Numbered from the stretch's first letter, positions 39,431 through 48,134 are shown. The stretch: 64,000 nt of DNA from Thermoanaerobaculia bacterium (GCA_963806165.1 CAWDWZ010000003.1:72233-136232); one strand, 5' to 3'. Notes: generated from the letters alone by a model not told the origin. Translations and numbers: made by a program.

Positions 39431-39507
39431 GCGCCCGTAGCTCAGATGGATAGAGCGTGAGCCTCCGAAGCTCAAGGTCACAGGTTCGAATCCTGTCGGG
39501 CGCACCA
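39431..39507 (+). tRNA. tRNA-Arg (anticodon CCG), CCA encoded
   Basis: Acceptor GCGCCCG/CGGGCGC. D arm GCTC-AGATGGATA-GAGC. Anticodon stem TGAGC/GCTCA with loop CTCCGAA. T arm ACAGG-TTCGAAT-CCTGT. A plus CCA. Confidence 0.92.
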
Positions 39508-39572
39508 TGCACTCCTTTCTTTCCCTCCGCCGGAAACGCCGTGCCCTGTTCCACAGGCCTTTTCGGGCGGGG

Positions 39573-39581
39573 TGTTAGAAT
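39573..39581 (+). promoter_or_regulatory. Extended -10-like element TGtTAGAAT upstream of the 39610 ORF
   Basis: TG at 39573-39574 and TAGAAT at 39576-39581. The ATG lies 29 nt downstream, preceded by a GAGGAGG SD. No clear -35. Confidence 0.3.
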
Positions 39582-39609
39582 CGGCCGAGATTTTCGAGGA
39601 GGCAGAGCC

Positions 39610-40140
39610 ATGCATCGAGCTCGCACCCGTGTCGCCGTACCGTCCGTCCTGCTCGCCGCCGCGGCGCTCGTCGCGCTCTCCGCGGTGCCGGCAACGGCCG
39701 CGATCTACACCGTCACGCTCAAGAACGGATCCACCTTCGACAGCCGGTACCAGCCGGAGCAGGCGAGCTGGGACGGCGACAAGGTCGTTCTGCTCACCGA
39801 GTTCGGCAATCGGATCGCGCTCTCGGCCGCCGATATCGACAGCGTCACGGTCGACAGCGAGAGCCGGGGCTTCGGGCATCAGCTGAACTCCTCCACCATG
39901 ATGCTCGGCTGGGCGCCGAACGACGCGCTCGACCCGGCCTCGGAAGAGGGCAAGGCCGCGATCGCCGCGGAAGCCGCCGCCGCCGCGGTCGCCGCGCAGG
40001 CGCCCCCGGTCTACACGCAGCAGCAGTTCGTCGAGCCGGGAGCCACCACGGGGCTGCCGATGTGGGTGACCGGGACCAACGCCGTGCCGCAGGTCGAACC
40101 GCAGGTCGCGGCGCCGCCGCCGGCCCCGGTCGAGCACTAG
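39610..40140 (+). CDS. Hypothetical secreted protein (176 aa), Ala/Pro-rich C-terminus
   Basis: In-frame part of track ORF 39457..40140, from ATG 39610 with a GAGGAGG SD. Signal peptide MHRARTRVAVPSVLLAAAALVALSAVPATAA. No family recognised. Confidence 0.6.
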   Translation: MHRARTRVAVPSVLLAAAALVALSAVPATAAIYTVTLKNGSTFDSRYQPEQASWDGDKVVLLTEFGNRIALSAADIDSVTVDSESRGFGHQLNSSTMMLGWAPNDALDPASEEGKAAIAAEAAAAAVAAQAPPVYTQQQFVEPGATTGLPMWVTGTNAVPQVEPQVAAPPPAPVEH

Positions 40141-40163
40141 ACGCCGCAGATTCTTGCCGCAGG

Positions 40164-40189
40164 GCTCCGCGCGGTGCGGAGCTTTCTTT
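40164..40189 (+). terminator. Rho-independent terminator
   Basis: GCTCCGC (40164-40170), loop gcggt, GCGGAGC (40176-40182), then TTTCTTT (40183-40189). Lies 24 nt after the stop of the 39610 ORF. Confidence 0.65.
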
Positions 40190-40204
40190 GACAATCCCGA
40201 CGTA

Positions 40205-40395
40205 GCGGTGGCCTCGTGAGAAATCGCGAGGCTCGCAAGAGGGAAGCCGGTCTCATGCCGGCGCGGCCCCCGCCACTGTAACCGGGTACGAAACCGGAGA
40301 CACCACTGTGTGCCAGAGATCGAGGTTCGGTCGGGCGCGCGGGAAGGTCCGGGAGTAGATCGATCCGGGAGCCAGGAGACCTGCCGCTCGTCCGA
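40205..40395 (+). promoter_or_regulatory. Cobalamin (AdoCbl) riboswitch
   Basis: Conserved core AGAGGGAAGCCGGTctcatGCCGGCGCGGCCCCCGCCACTGTAACCGGG with the B12 box GCCACTG at 40272-40278. Distal GGGAAGGTCCGGGAG ... GAGCCAGGAGACCTGCC. Lies upstream of a TonB-dependent receptor plus btuFCD. Confidence 0.85.
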
Positions 40396-40510
40396 TGCAA
40401 TCGTCCCCCGGGGTGTGGGTAGCGACTGCGGCCGGCCTCATTTCGCGCCCCCCGCCCCGCTTCTCCTCTCCCGTCGGCGATGCGTCGTTGCATGCGAAAG
40501 GAGATCGGCC

Positions 40511-42318
40511 ATGCGCCCATCCCTCGTCTTCTTCGCTGCACTCCTCGGGGGAGTGAGTGCAGCCGCTCCGCAGAGCTCCGCGCCGTTTTCGGACTCGATC
40601 ACCGTCACCGCCACCGCCGCGCCCGAAAAGGCGGCGGACGTTCCGGCCACCGTCGACGTCGTTTCTGCCGCGGAAATCTCCGACCGCAAGGCGGGAGAGG
40701 CGATCGACCTCCTGCGCACCCTGCCCGGTCTCGAGCTCGTCCAGTCCGGGTCGCGCGGCAAGGCGACGTCGCTCTTCTCGCGCGGCACCAACTCGAGCCA
40801 CACCCTGGTGCTGTGGAACGGCATCGAGCTCAACGATCCCTATCTCGGCGGCTTCGACTGGTCGACGCTCTCGACCGACGGCGTCGAGCGCATCGAAGTG
40901 GTGCGCGGACCGTTCTCGGCGCTCTACGGGTCGAGCGCGGTCGGCGGCGTCGTCCAGTTGATCACGCGCCGCGGCGGCTCCGGCACGATGATCGGCGCGC
41001 GATCGGTCAGGCGCGCCTCGAGGCCGGCTCGCGGCAGTTCGCCCGCGCCGGGGCCGCGGCCGGATGGAGCCTCGGCGCGCTCGCCCTCGATCTCTCCGGG
41101 CATCTCCGGCGCGGCGAGGGCGAAGTGAAGAACGACTTCTACGACGGCGAGGAGGTCGATCTCGGAATCGACGGCGGGCTCGGGGAGAGCGCCCGCCTGG
41201 GGGCACTGGTGCGCTGGGGAGAGAGCGCGGTCGGCGTGCCGTTCGATTTCGCGAGCGTGCCTTCGCCGCGCCGCCGGCAGTCGTTCCATACGACCTCGAT
41301 CGCGCTGCCGTTCTCGTGGACGAGCTCCGCCTGGCATGTCGACGCGCAGGCCGCCCGCACCGCGACCCATCTCGCGCTCAGTGACGGCGACGATCCGTTC
41401 GCCGCGAGCCTCGCCGACGCGCGGCGTGAGCAGGCCCGCTTCGTCCTGCGGCGCACCCTGGGAGAGCATCTCGAACTTACCGGCGGCGGCGACTGGGACC
41501 GGCAGCAGGTGGAAACCAGCGACGCTTTCGGTCCGGGCATCGACGCGCGCCGCCAGCGCACGTGGGCCGCCTTCGGCCAGGCCTCCTGGTCGAGCGGGCC
41601 GCTGCGCGTCGACGCCGGCGTGCGGCGCGACGACAACGACGCCTTCGGCGCCGAGACCAGTCTGAAGGCGGGAGCTGCCTGGGCGTTCGCGGACCGCTGG
41701 CGTCTGCGCGCGAGCTACGGCGAGGCGTTTCGCGCTCCCTCGCTCGCCGACCTCTACTACCCCGGTTTTTCGAATCCCGACCTCGAGCCCGAGCGCTCAC
41801 GCAGCTACGAGGTCGCGGTCGAGGGTGGGAGCGGCCCCTGGCGGAGCTCGGTCGCCTGGTTCGAGAACGACCTCGACAACCTGATCGAGTTCGACTTCGT
41901 GACCTTCGTGCCCCAGAACATCGGGCGGGCGCGCTCGCGCGGCATCGAGGGCTCGCTCGCCGGGAGATTCGGCGTCTTCGACGGCCGGCTGGTCGCGACC
42001 TGGCTCGACGCCGAGAATCTCGCGACCGGCAAGCCCCTCCTGCGGCGGCCCGACGGGAGCGCGAGCCTCAGCCTCTACGCCCGCCCGGGCGCCGCGACCG
42101 TTGGCGGCGTCGTGCGCTACGTCGGCAAGCGGACCGACTTCGGCGATCAGCCGCTCGACCCTTACACGAGCGTCGATCTCTCGTTCGCCTGGCGTTTCGG
42201 CGAGCGCTGGGAGCCGTTCGTCTCGGTCGAGAACCTCTTCGACCGGAGCTACGAGGAGGCGGCGGGCTATCCGGCGCCGGGCACGAGCTTTCGCGCCGGC
42301 CTGGATCTGCACTTTTGA
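40511..42318 (+). pseudogene. btuB: TonB-dependent vitamin B12 receptor (BtuB-like) interrupted by a single-base frameshift near 40994-41001 (or an assembly indel)
   Basis: The signal peptide, TonB box (DSITVTA) and plug domain read in frame 2 (track ORF 40310..41128, ATG 40511) up to ...GGVVQLITRRGGSG. The beta-barrel reads in frame 1 (track ORF 40480..42318) from ...AIGQARLEAGSRQFARAG to the terminal LDLHF. The switch lies in ggcgcgcg. Confidence 0.8.
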
Positions 42319-42331
42319 GCCGGGTGCGCCG

Positions 42332-43270
42332 ATGAGAGCGGGGTTGGGGGCTCTCCTCGCGGCCGGAATCGGGCTCCACGGCTGCGCAGCGCCCGCGACG
42401 ACCTCGCCGGCCGGCGGGCGCATCGCCGTGATGTCGCCCTCGGCCGCCGAGACCCTGGTCGAGCTCGGGGTCGCGGACCGCATCGTCGCGGTGGGCGACT
42501 TCGTCGACTGGCCCCCGGTGCTCGGCGGACTGCCGAGAATCGGCGCTTACGACGCGCCGAACGCGGAGCGCCTCGTGGAGCTCGGGGTCGCGTACCTGTT
42601 CACGACCGCGAGCGAGGCGGGGCGCGGCGAGCATGCGCGACTCAGCGCGCTCGGCGTCCATGTCGTGGCCCTCGATACCTCGACCTTTGCCGGCACGCTC
42701 GCGGCGATCGCCGAGACCGGCAGACTGGTCGGTCGCGAGGCGGCGGCGAGCGCCCTCCTCGAGCGTATCGAGGCGCGCGTCGCTCGCGTCCGCGCACGCG
42801 CAGCGGCGGCGCCGCGCCGCCGGGTGCTGGTCGCGGTCGGGCACGACCCGCTCTTCGTCGCCGGGCCCGGCTCGCATCTCGACGAGCTGGTGACGCTTGC
42901 CGGCGGCGAGAACGTCGCGCACGATGCCCTTTCGCCCTACCAGATGGTCGCCCTCGAGGCGGTGCTCGAGCGCGCGCCGGAGGTCATCGTCGACAGCGCC
43001 GACAACCGGCCGGACAATCCGCGCGGCCTTGCACCCGGATTCTGGGCGAAGTGGCCGTTCCTGCCGGCGGTGGCGCAGGGGAGAGTCGCGTTCGTCGATC
43101 CCTGGCAGCTCCTCGTGCCCGGACCTCGCCTCGCCGAGATGGCCGAGCTCATGGGGCGTCTCATCCATCCCGAGCTCTTCGGAGCGCCGCAAGCGCAGGA
43201 CTTCGCCGGCGCGCCGCGGGAAGCGGCGCCAGGCGCGGCGGCCACCGCGGCCGGAGACGCTGCGCGATGA
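42332..43270 (+). CDS. btuF: ABC transporter periplasmic cobalamin/siderophore-binding lipoprotein (BtuF-like)
   Basis: In-frame part of track ORF 42101..43270, from ATG 42332. Lipobox GIGLHGC. RIAVMSPSAAETLVELG is typical of cluster A-II substrate-binding proteins. Confidence 0.8.
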   Translation: MRAGLGALLAAGIGLHGCAAPATTSPAGGRIAVMSPSAAETLVELGVADRIVAVGDFVDWPPVLGGLPRIGAYDAPNAERLVELGVAYLFTTASEAGRGEHARLSALGVHVVALDTSTFAGTLAAIAETGRLVGREAAASALLERIEARVARVRARAAAAPRRRVLVAVGHDPLFVAGPGSHLDELVTLAGGENVAHDALSPYQMVALEAVLERAPEVIVDSADNRPDNPRGLAPGFWAKWPFLPAVAQGRVAFVDPWQLLVPGPRLAEMAELMGRLIHPELFGAPQAQDFAGAPREAAPGAAATAAGDAAR

Positions 43271-44328
43271 CCGGAAGGGACCGCGAAGCGGGCGCGCCGG
43301 GAGCACGCGGACGCTCCCGTCTCGGACTCCGCCTGGCGCTCGTCATCCTCGGTCTCACCCTGCTGCTCGGCGCCGCGATCGCGATCGCGGTGAGCTTCGG
43401 CGCCGCCGCGGTGCCGCTCTGGCAGCGCCTCCTCCTCGGCGGCGCCTGGAGCGAGGCGCAGCGGGCGATTCTCCTCGCCCTGCGCCTGCCCCGGGTGCTC
43501 GCCGCGGCGGCGCTCGGCGGGCTTCTCGGCGTCGCCGGAGTGGCCTTCCAGGCGCTCCTGCGCAATCCGCTCGCCGACCCTTACGTCCTCGGTGTCTCCG
43601 GCGGGGCGAGCCTCGGCGGGGTCATCGCCCTGATCGCCGGGGCGAGCGGTCTCGGCGTGCCGCTCGCGGCGTTCGTCGGAGCGCTGGCGTCGCTCGTCGC
43701 GATCGAGCGCATCGCCACCAGTGGCGGCCGTCTCACGGTCTTCACGCTCCTCTTGACCGGCGCGATCTTCAACGCTTTCAGCGCGGCGCTGATCTACTTT
43801 CTGCAGAGCGTGGCGTCGCGCGAAGAGCTCTCCGCCATCGTCTTCTATCTCATGGGGCGCGTGCCGAGTCCCGGTCCGCTGACCCTCCTCGCGCTCTGGG
43901 CCGCCGGTCTCGCGATCACCCTCGCTCTCTTTGCCACGGCGCGGGACTTCAACGCCCTCACCGCCGGCGAAGAGGGCGCCCTGCAGCTCGGCGTCGACGT
44001 CGAGCGTCTCAAGCGGCGGACGTTCGTCCTGGGCTCGCTTGCCACGGCGCTCACCGTGTCGGCCGCCGGCCTGATCGGTTTCGTCGGCCTGGTCGTACCG
44101 CACCTCCTGCGCCGCCTGCTCGGTCCCGACCATCGTCTGCTCATCCCGGCGGCCTTCCTCGGCGGAGCGAGCTTTCTGGTCTGCGCCGATCTCGCCGCCC
44201 GCACGCTCGCCGCGCCGACCGAGCTGCCGGTGGGCGTCGTCACGGCGCTCCTCGGCGGGCCTTTCTTCCTGGTGCTGTTGCGCCGCCGGGGGGCGAGCCT
44301 CACCGGCGCGGGAGGCGTGAATGGCTGA
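43267..44328 (+). CDS. btuC: FecCD-family ABC permease (BtuC-like)
   Basis: ATG 43267 overlaps the btuF stop (ATGA). Motifs LRLPRVLAAAALGGLLGVAGVAFQALLRNPLADPYVLGVSGGA and the C-terminal VGVVTALLGGPFFLVLL. Confidence 0.85.
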   Translation: MTGRDREAGAPGARGRSRLGLRLALVILGLTLLLGAAIAIAVSFGAAAVPLWQRLLLGGAWSEAQRAILLALRLPRVLAAAALGGLLGVAGVAFQALLRNPLADPYVLGVSGGASLGGVIALIAGASGLGVPLAAFVGALASLVAIERIATSGGRLTVFTLLLTGAIFNAFSAALIYFLQSVASREELSAIVFYLMGRVPSPGPLTLLALWAAGLAITLALFATARDFNALTAGEEGALQLGVDVERLKRRTFVLGSLATALTVSAAGLIGFVGLVVPHLLRRLLGPDHRLLIPAAFLGGASFLVCADLAARTLAAPTELPVGVVTALLGGPFFLVLLRRRGASLTGAGGVNG

Positions 44329-45178
44329 GGCGCAGCGCGCGGCGCGGCCGCTCCTCGAGGTGCAGGGCCTCTGCGTAGATTACGGGGCACGCCGGGCGCT
44401 CGATCAGGTCAGCCTGACGCTCGCGCCGGGCGACGTGGTCGGCCTGCTGGGGCCGAACGGCGCCGGCAAGAGCACTCTGGTGCGCGCGGTCTCGGGCGTG
44501 CTCGCCGACTACCGCGGCTCGGTGAAGGTCGTTGGCGACGAGCTCCGGGCGCTGCCGCGCAAGGAGCTCGCGCGGCGCATCGCGGTCGTGCCGCAGGAGC
44601 CGCGTTTCGAGTTTCCGTTCTCGGCGCTCGAGGTCGTTCTCATGGGGCGTCATCCGCACCTTTCCGGACTCGCCTTCGAGTCGGCCCGCGACGTCGAGCT
44701 CGCGCGCCAGGCGCTCGCTCGTTGCGGCGCCCTGCACCTCGCCGGGCGGGCGATCGACGAGCTCTCGGCGGGCGAACGCCAGCGCATCGTCTTCGCGCGC
44801 GCCCTCGCCCAGCAGGCGCCGATCCTGCTGCTCGACGAGCCGGCGAGCTTCCTCGATCTGCGCTTCCAGGTCGAGCTCTTCGATCGCGTCCGCGAGCTCG
44901 CGGCGGAGGGCTGCGGAGTCGTCGCGGTGCTCCACGACCTGAATCTCGCCGCCGAGTATTGCGACCGGGCGGTCCTGCTCCAAGGCGGCCGGGTGATCGC
45001 CGCCGGGCCGACCGCCGAGGTGTTGACCTACCGCCACTTGACGGCGGTCTACGAAACCGAGATCTACGTCGATTTGAACGACATTACGGGCGCCCTCGTG
45101 GTCACTCCGTTGTCGAGCCGGGCGCGGCGCCGGCTCGAGGAGGCGCGACGCAGAGACGATCTCCCCGGGACGCCGTAG
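44321..45178 (+). CDS. btuD: ABC transporter ATP-binding protein (BtuD/FepC-like)
   Basis: 285 aa. Walker A GPNGAGKST, signature LSAGERQR, Walker B ILLLDEP. Overlaps btuC by 8 nt. Confidence 0.85.
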   Translation: MAEAQRAARPLLEVQGLCVDYGARRALDQVSLTLAPGDVVGLLGPNGAGKSTLVRAVSGVLADYRGSVKVVGDELRALPRKELARRIAVVPQEPRFEFPFSALEVVLMGRHPHLSGLAFESARDVELARQALARCGALHLAGRAIDELSAGERQRIVFARALAQQAPILLLDEPASFLDLRFQVELFDRVRELAAEGCGVVAVLHDLNLAAEYCDRAVLLQGGRVIAAGPTAEVLTYRHLTAVYETEIYVDLNDITGALVVTPLSSRARRRLEEARRRDDLPGTP

Positions 45179-45187
45179 AATCCCCGC

Positions 45188-45961
45188 ATGCTCCTCTGCC
45201 GCTTCGGCCCCGAAGGACTGCTCGCCGCCGGCGAGACGCTCGCGGAGCTTCGGGTGCTCTTTTCGGATCCGTTCGAGACCGCGCTCGCCGAGTGGCGGTT
45301 CGGTCGTACGGTCGATCTCGCGCGCGGCGAGGCGCTGCGCGCGCCGCTCCTCCCCGGCAAGATCGTCTGCGTCGGCCGCAACTACCGCGAGCACGCCGCA
45401 GAGCTCGGAAATCCCGTCCCCACCGAGCCGTTGATCTTTCTCAAGTCGCCCTCCGCCGTCGTGGGCCCGGGAGCCGCGATCGTCCTGCCGCCCGAGAGCA
45501 GCCGCGTCGATTTCGAAGGCGAGATCGCGCTCGTCGTCAAGAGCCGGCTCCGGCGGGCCTCCGCGGCGGAGGCGCTGGCGGGAATCCTGGGCGTCACCTG
45601 CGCCTGCGACGTGTCGGCGCGCGACCTGCAGAAGCGCAACGGCTCCTTCTCGGGCGCGAAGTCGTTCGACACCTTCTGCCCGCTCGGCCCGGCGATCCAC
45701 CTCGATCCCGACTTCGAGACTCTCGAGGTGCGGACGCGCGTCAACGGCGCCGAGCGCCAGCACGGCCGGGTGGAAGAGATGGTCTTCGGTCTCGCCGAGC
45801 TCCTCGCCTACGCCTCTTGCCGGATGACGCTCGAGCCGGGAGACCTCTTCCTGACCGGCACTCCGGCCGGCGTCGGCCCGCTCGCCGACGGCGACCGGGT
45901 CGAGGTCGAGATCCCCGGCGTCGGCATTCTGGCCAACCCGGTCGAAGCCTGGCGGCAGTAG
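45188..45961 (+). CDS. Fumarylacetoacetate hydrolase (FAH) family protein
   Basis: 257 aa. KIVCVGRNYREHAAE, DFEGEIALVV and DLFLTGTPAGVG motifs. Confidence 0.85.
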   Translation: MLLCRFGPEGLLAAGETLAELRVLFSDPFETALAEWRFGRTVDLARGEALRAPLLPGKIVCVGRNYREHAAELGNPVPTEPLIFLKSPSAVVGPGAAIVLPPESSRVDFEGEIALVVKSRLRRASAAEALAGILGVTCACDVSARDLQKRNGSFSGAKSFDTFCPLGPAIHLDPDFETLEVRTRVNGAERQHGRVEEMVFGLAELLAYASCRMTLEPGDLFLTGTPAGVGPLADGDRVEVEIPGVGILANPVEAWRQ

Positions 45962-45982
45962 CTTGGGAGGCCGGTTTCCGCG

Positions 45983-46141
45983 TCAGCGCTTGCCGGGAGT
46001 GCGCGAGGGGAAGAGAACGAGCGCCAGCGCGCCGGCGAGCAGCAGGTGAATGGCGCCCCCCGCCGTCCGGCCGAGGAAGAAGAGCACCAGCCAGAGGCCG
46101 AGCGCGGCGGCGGCGGCGGCGAGCCGCGGGAGCGGAGACAT
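45983..46141 (-). CDS. Small membrane protein (52 aa), lmo0937/DUF5670-like
   Basis: Not in the track (<60 aa). ATG 46139-46141, TGA 45983-45985. MSPLPRLAAAAAALGLWLVLFFLGRTAGGAIHLLLAGALALVLFPSRTPGKR has two TM helices around a GG.IHLLL core. Confidence 0.5.
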   Translation of the reverse strand: MSPLPRLAAAAAALGLWLVLFFLGRTAGGAIHLLLAGALALVLFPSRTPGKR

Positions 46142-46182
46142 CGCCTGCATCCTACTCCCGGCTCCTCGGATATCCTCGCGGG

Positions 46183-46743
46183 GTGCGGAGCTGGCGCGTC
46201 GCCCATAGCGAGACTCTCTTCAGCCATCGACTGTTCAATCTGCGCCGAGAATCGCTGGTGGCGGAGACGGAGGTCGTCTCGACGCGCGAAGCGCTCACCC
46301 TCGACGCTCCGAGCTGGGTCAACGTCATCGCGCTCCTGCCCGACGAGCGCGTGCTCCTCGTCCGGCAGTGGCGGTATGGGATCGGCGCGCCGACGCTCGA
46401 GATCCCCGGCGGCATGGTCGAAGAGGAGGATCCGCAGGCCGCCGCCGGGCGCGAGCTCTTCGAGGAGACCGGCTATCGTGCGGGCCGGCTGACCTACCTG
46501 GGCGAGGTCGAGCCGAATCCGGCCTTCATCACGAATCACTGTCTGACCTTCGTCGCGCAGGATCTCGTCGCGATCGGGGAGCCCGAAGGAGACGGCGAGG
46601 AGGAGCTCGTCGTCGAGAGCGCGGCGCTCGCGGAGATTCCCGGGCTGATCGTCTCCGGCGCGATTCGCCATGCCCTGGTGATCGCCGCGTTCTATCTCTT
46701 CGACCACGCCTGGCCGGGCGGAAACGGCATCTCCGAGACCTAG
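46183..46743 (+). CDS. NUDIX hydrolase (ADP-ribose pyrophosphatase-like)
   Basis: In-frame tail of spurious track ORF 44722..46743. GTG 46183 is the first plausible start. Nudix box GGMVEEEDPQAAAGRELFEETGY. Confidence 0.8.
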   Translation: MRSWRVAHSETLFSHRLFNLRRESLVAETEVVSTREALTLDAPSWVNVIALLPDERVLLVRQWRYGIGAPTLEIPGGMVEEEDPQAAAGRELFEETGYRAGRLTYLGEVEPNPAFITNHCLTFVAQDLVAIGEPEGDGEEELVVESAALAEIPGLIVSGAIRHALVIAAFYLFDHAWPGGNGISET

Positions 46744-46792
46744 ATTCCGGACTCTTCAGCCGCGCCGGGACGACAGATAAACTGCTGCGGCG

Positions 46793-47194
46793 ATGCGAGC
46801 TCTGCCCAATCTTCTCGGGGTGGCGGTCGGCGGTGGCCTCGGCTCGCTGGCGCGCTACCTCCTGCAGGGCTGGGTCCAGCGCCGGGCCGACGAAGCGCAC
46901 GGCTGGGCCGCCATCTTTCCCTGGGGGACGTTGGCGGTCAACGTCTCCGGCTGTTTGGTGATCGGGTTTCTCGCCGCGCTCTTCGAGTCGCGCCTCCTCG
47001 TCGCGCCGGAGACCCGCACCTTTGTCTTGATCGGCCTCCTGGGTGGATTCACGACCTTTTCGAGCTTCGGGCTCGAGACTCTCGCGCTGCTGCGCGGCGG
47101 CAGCACGCTGCTCGCGTTTGCCAACGTCGCGGCCAGCGTTGTCCTGGGACTGGCCGCGGTCGTGGCGGGCGCGATGGTGGCGCGGGCGCTTTAG
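46793..47194 (+). CDS. crcB: Fluoride channel CrcB/FluC
   Basis: 133 aa, four TM segments. GTLAVNVSGCLVIGFL and GGFTTFSSF motifs. Confidence 0.9.
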   Translation: MRALPNLLGVAVGGGLGSLARYLLQGWVQRRADEAHGWAAIFPWGTLAVNVSGCLVIGFLAALFESRLLVAPETRTFVLIGLLGGFTTFSSFGLETLALLRGGSTLLAFANVAASVVLGLAAVVAGAMVARAL

Positions 47195-47205
47195 CGGAGG
47201 AGACG

Positions 47206-47559
47206 ATGCAACTCGAAGGGGACAGAGTGCTGTTGCGGATCTTCATCGGTGAGTCGAACCGCTTCGAGGGCGTGCCACTCTACGAGGCCATCGTGCAGCG
47301 GGCGCGCGAGCGCGGCCTTTCGGGAGCTACCGTGCTGCGCGGGGTCGAGGGCTTCGGCGCGAATTCGCGGATCCATCGCGCTTCGATCCTGCGCCTGTCG
47401 GAGGACCTGCCGATCGTGATCGAGATCGTCGACAAGCGGGAGCGCATCGAGCCGTTCGTGGAGGAGCTCGAGCCGATGATCGAGGACGGGATGGTGACTC
47501 TCGAGCGCGTCGAGGTGCTGCTCTATCGTCCGCGGCGCGATGCCGCACCCGCAAAATGA
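47206..47559 (+). CDS. DUF190 domain protein (frequent crcB neighbour)
   Basis: 117 aa. RIFIGESNRFEGVPLYEAIV ... ATVLRGVEGFG pattern. Lies 11 nt after crcB. Confidence 0.85.
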   Translation: MQLEGDRVLLRIFIGESNRFEGVPLYEAIVQRARERGLSGATVLRGVEGFGANSRIHRASILRLSEDLPIVIEIVDKRERIEPFVEELEPMIEDGMVTLERVEVLLYRPRRDAAPAK

Positions 47560-48134
47560 TTGCGGCTCTGCCTCATCCCCCGCGAGGGGTCCTGTCTGGT
47601 CCGTATCCCATGGGGTCCTCGCGCTGGGAGGCGCGCTCCGGGCCCCATGGGAGCCCTCGGCCCAGCCACCCCTCGCTCCCGTGGTCGGTGCTGGTTTCCA
47701 CCATACTCGTTGGGCTCCTGGCGTGCGGAAAGGGCCCGGCGCCGGAGGTCGAAAAGGCGCCCGATCTCGCGACGGTCGAGGTCACCGCCGCACCGGATGC
47801 GGCCTATTCGACGGCGGGCGACAAGGTCGAGGCGCGCCCGAGTCCGAACGCCATGGCCGGGGCGCTGCCCGACGGTTTTCCAGCCGACATACCGGTCTAC
47901 CGGCCATCGAGCCTGATCGATTTCGCGGCGCGACCGGAGGGTGGATCGGTGGTGGTCTTCGCCGCGCCGGCGTCGCCGGCGGCGGTGTCGTCGGCGCTGC
48001 GCCAGAAGCTGCGCGCCGCGGGCTGGCTGAGCGAGGGTACGGAGAGCTCCGGCCGGTGGGCGAAGAACGGGCGGAGATTGCGGCTCGTCGTGGAGGAGAG
48101 CGCCGCCGGCGCGCGCATCCGCGTCGAGTTCTGA
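47556..48134 (+). CDS. Hypothetical lipoprotein
   Basis: ATG 47556 overlaps the DUF190 stop (ATGA). Lipobox VGLLAC at about residue 57, so a later start is possible. No family recognised. Confidence 0.5.
   Translation: MIAALPHPPRGVLSGPYPMGSSRWEARSGPHGSPRPSHPSLPWSVLVSTILVGLLACGKGPAPEVEKAPDLATVEVTAAPDAAYSTAGDKVEARPSPNAMAGALPDGFPADIPVYRPSSLIDFAARPEGGSVVVFAAPASPAAVSSALRQKLRAAGWLSEGTESSGRWAKNGRRLRLVVEESAAGARIRVEF

Noticed and set aside
39084-40140. Genomic island integrated at the tRNA cluster
   Set aside because: No integrase, excisionase or phage genes are present, and I saw no duplicated tRNA 3' segment downstream. The following genes form an ordinary riboswitch-controlled B12 uptake locus.
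40985-41005. Programmed ribosomal frameshifting in btuB (and in selA at 62700-62715)
   Set aside because: There is no slippery heptamer (X XXY YYZ), no prfB- or dnaX-like signal, and no obvious downstream pseudoknot at either site. Both sites are plain alternating G/C runs, which favours an indel mutation or a sequencing error.
46744-46792. Fluoride riboswitch upstream of crcB
   Set aside because: Only 49 nt are available. The conserved fluoride-aptamer core sequences were not recognisable by eye. A covariance-model search is needed to be sure.
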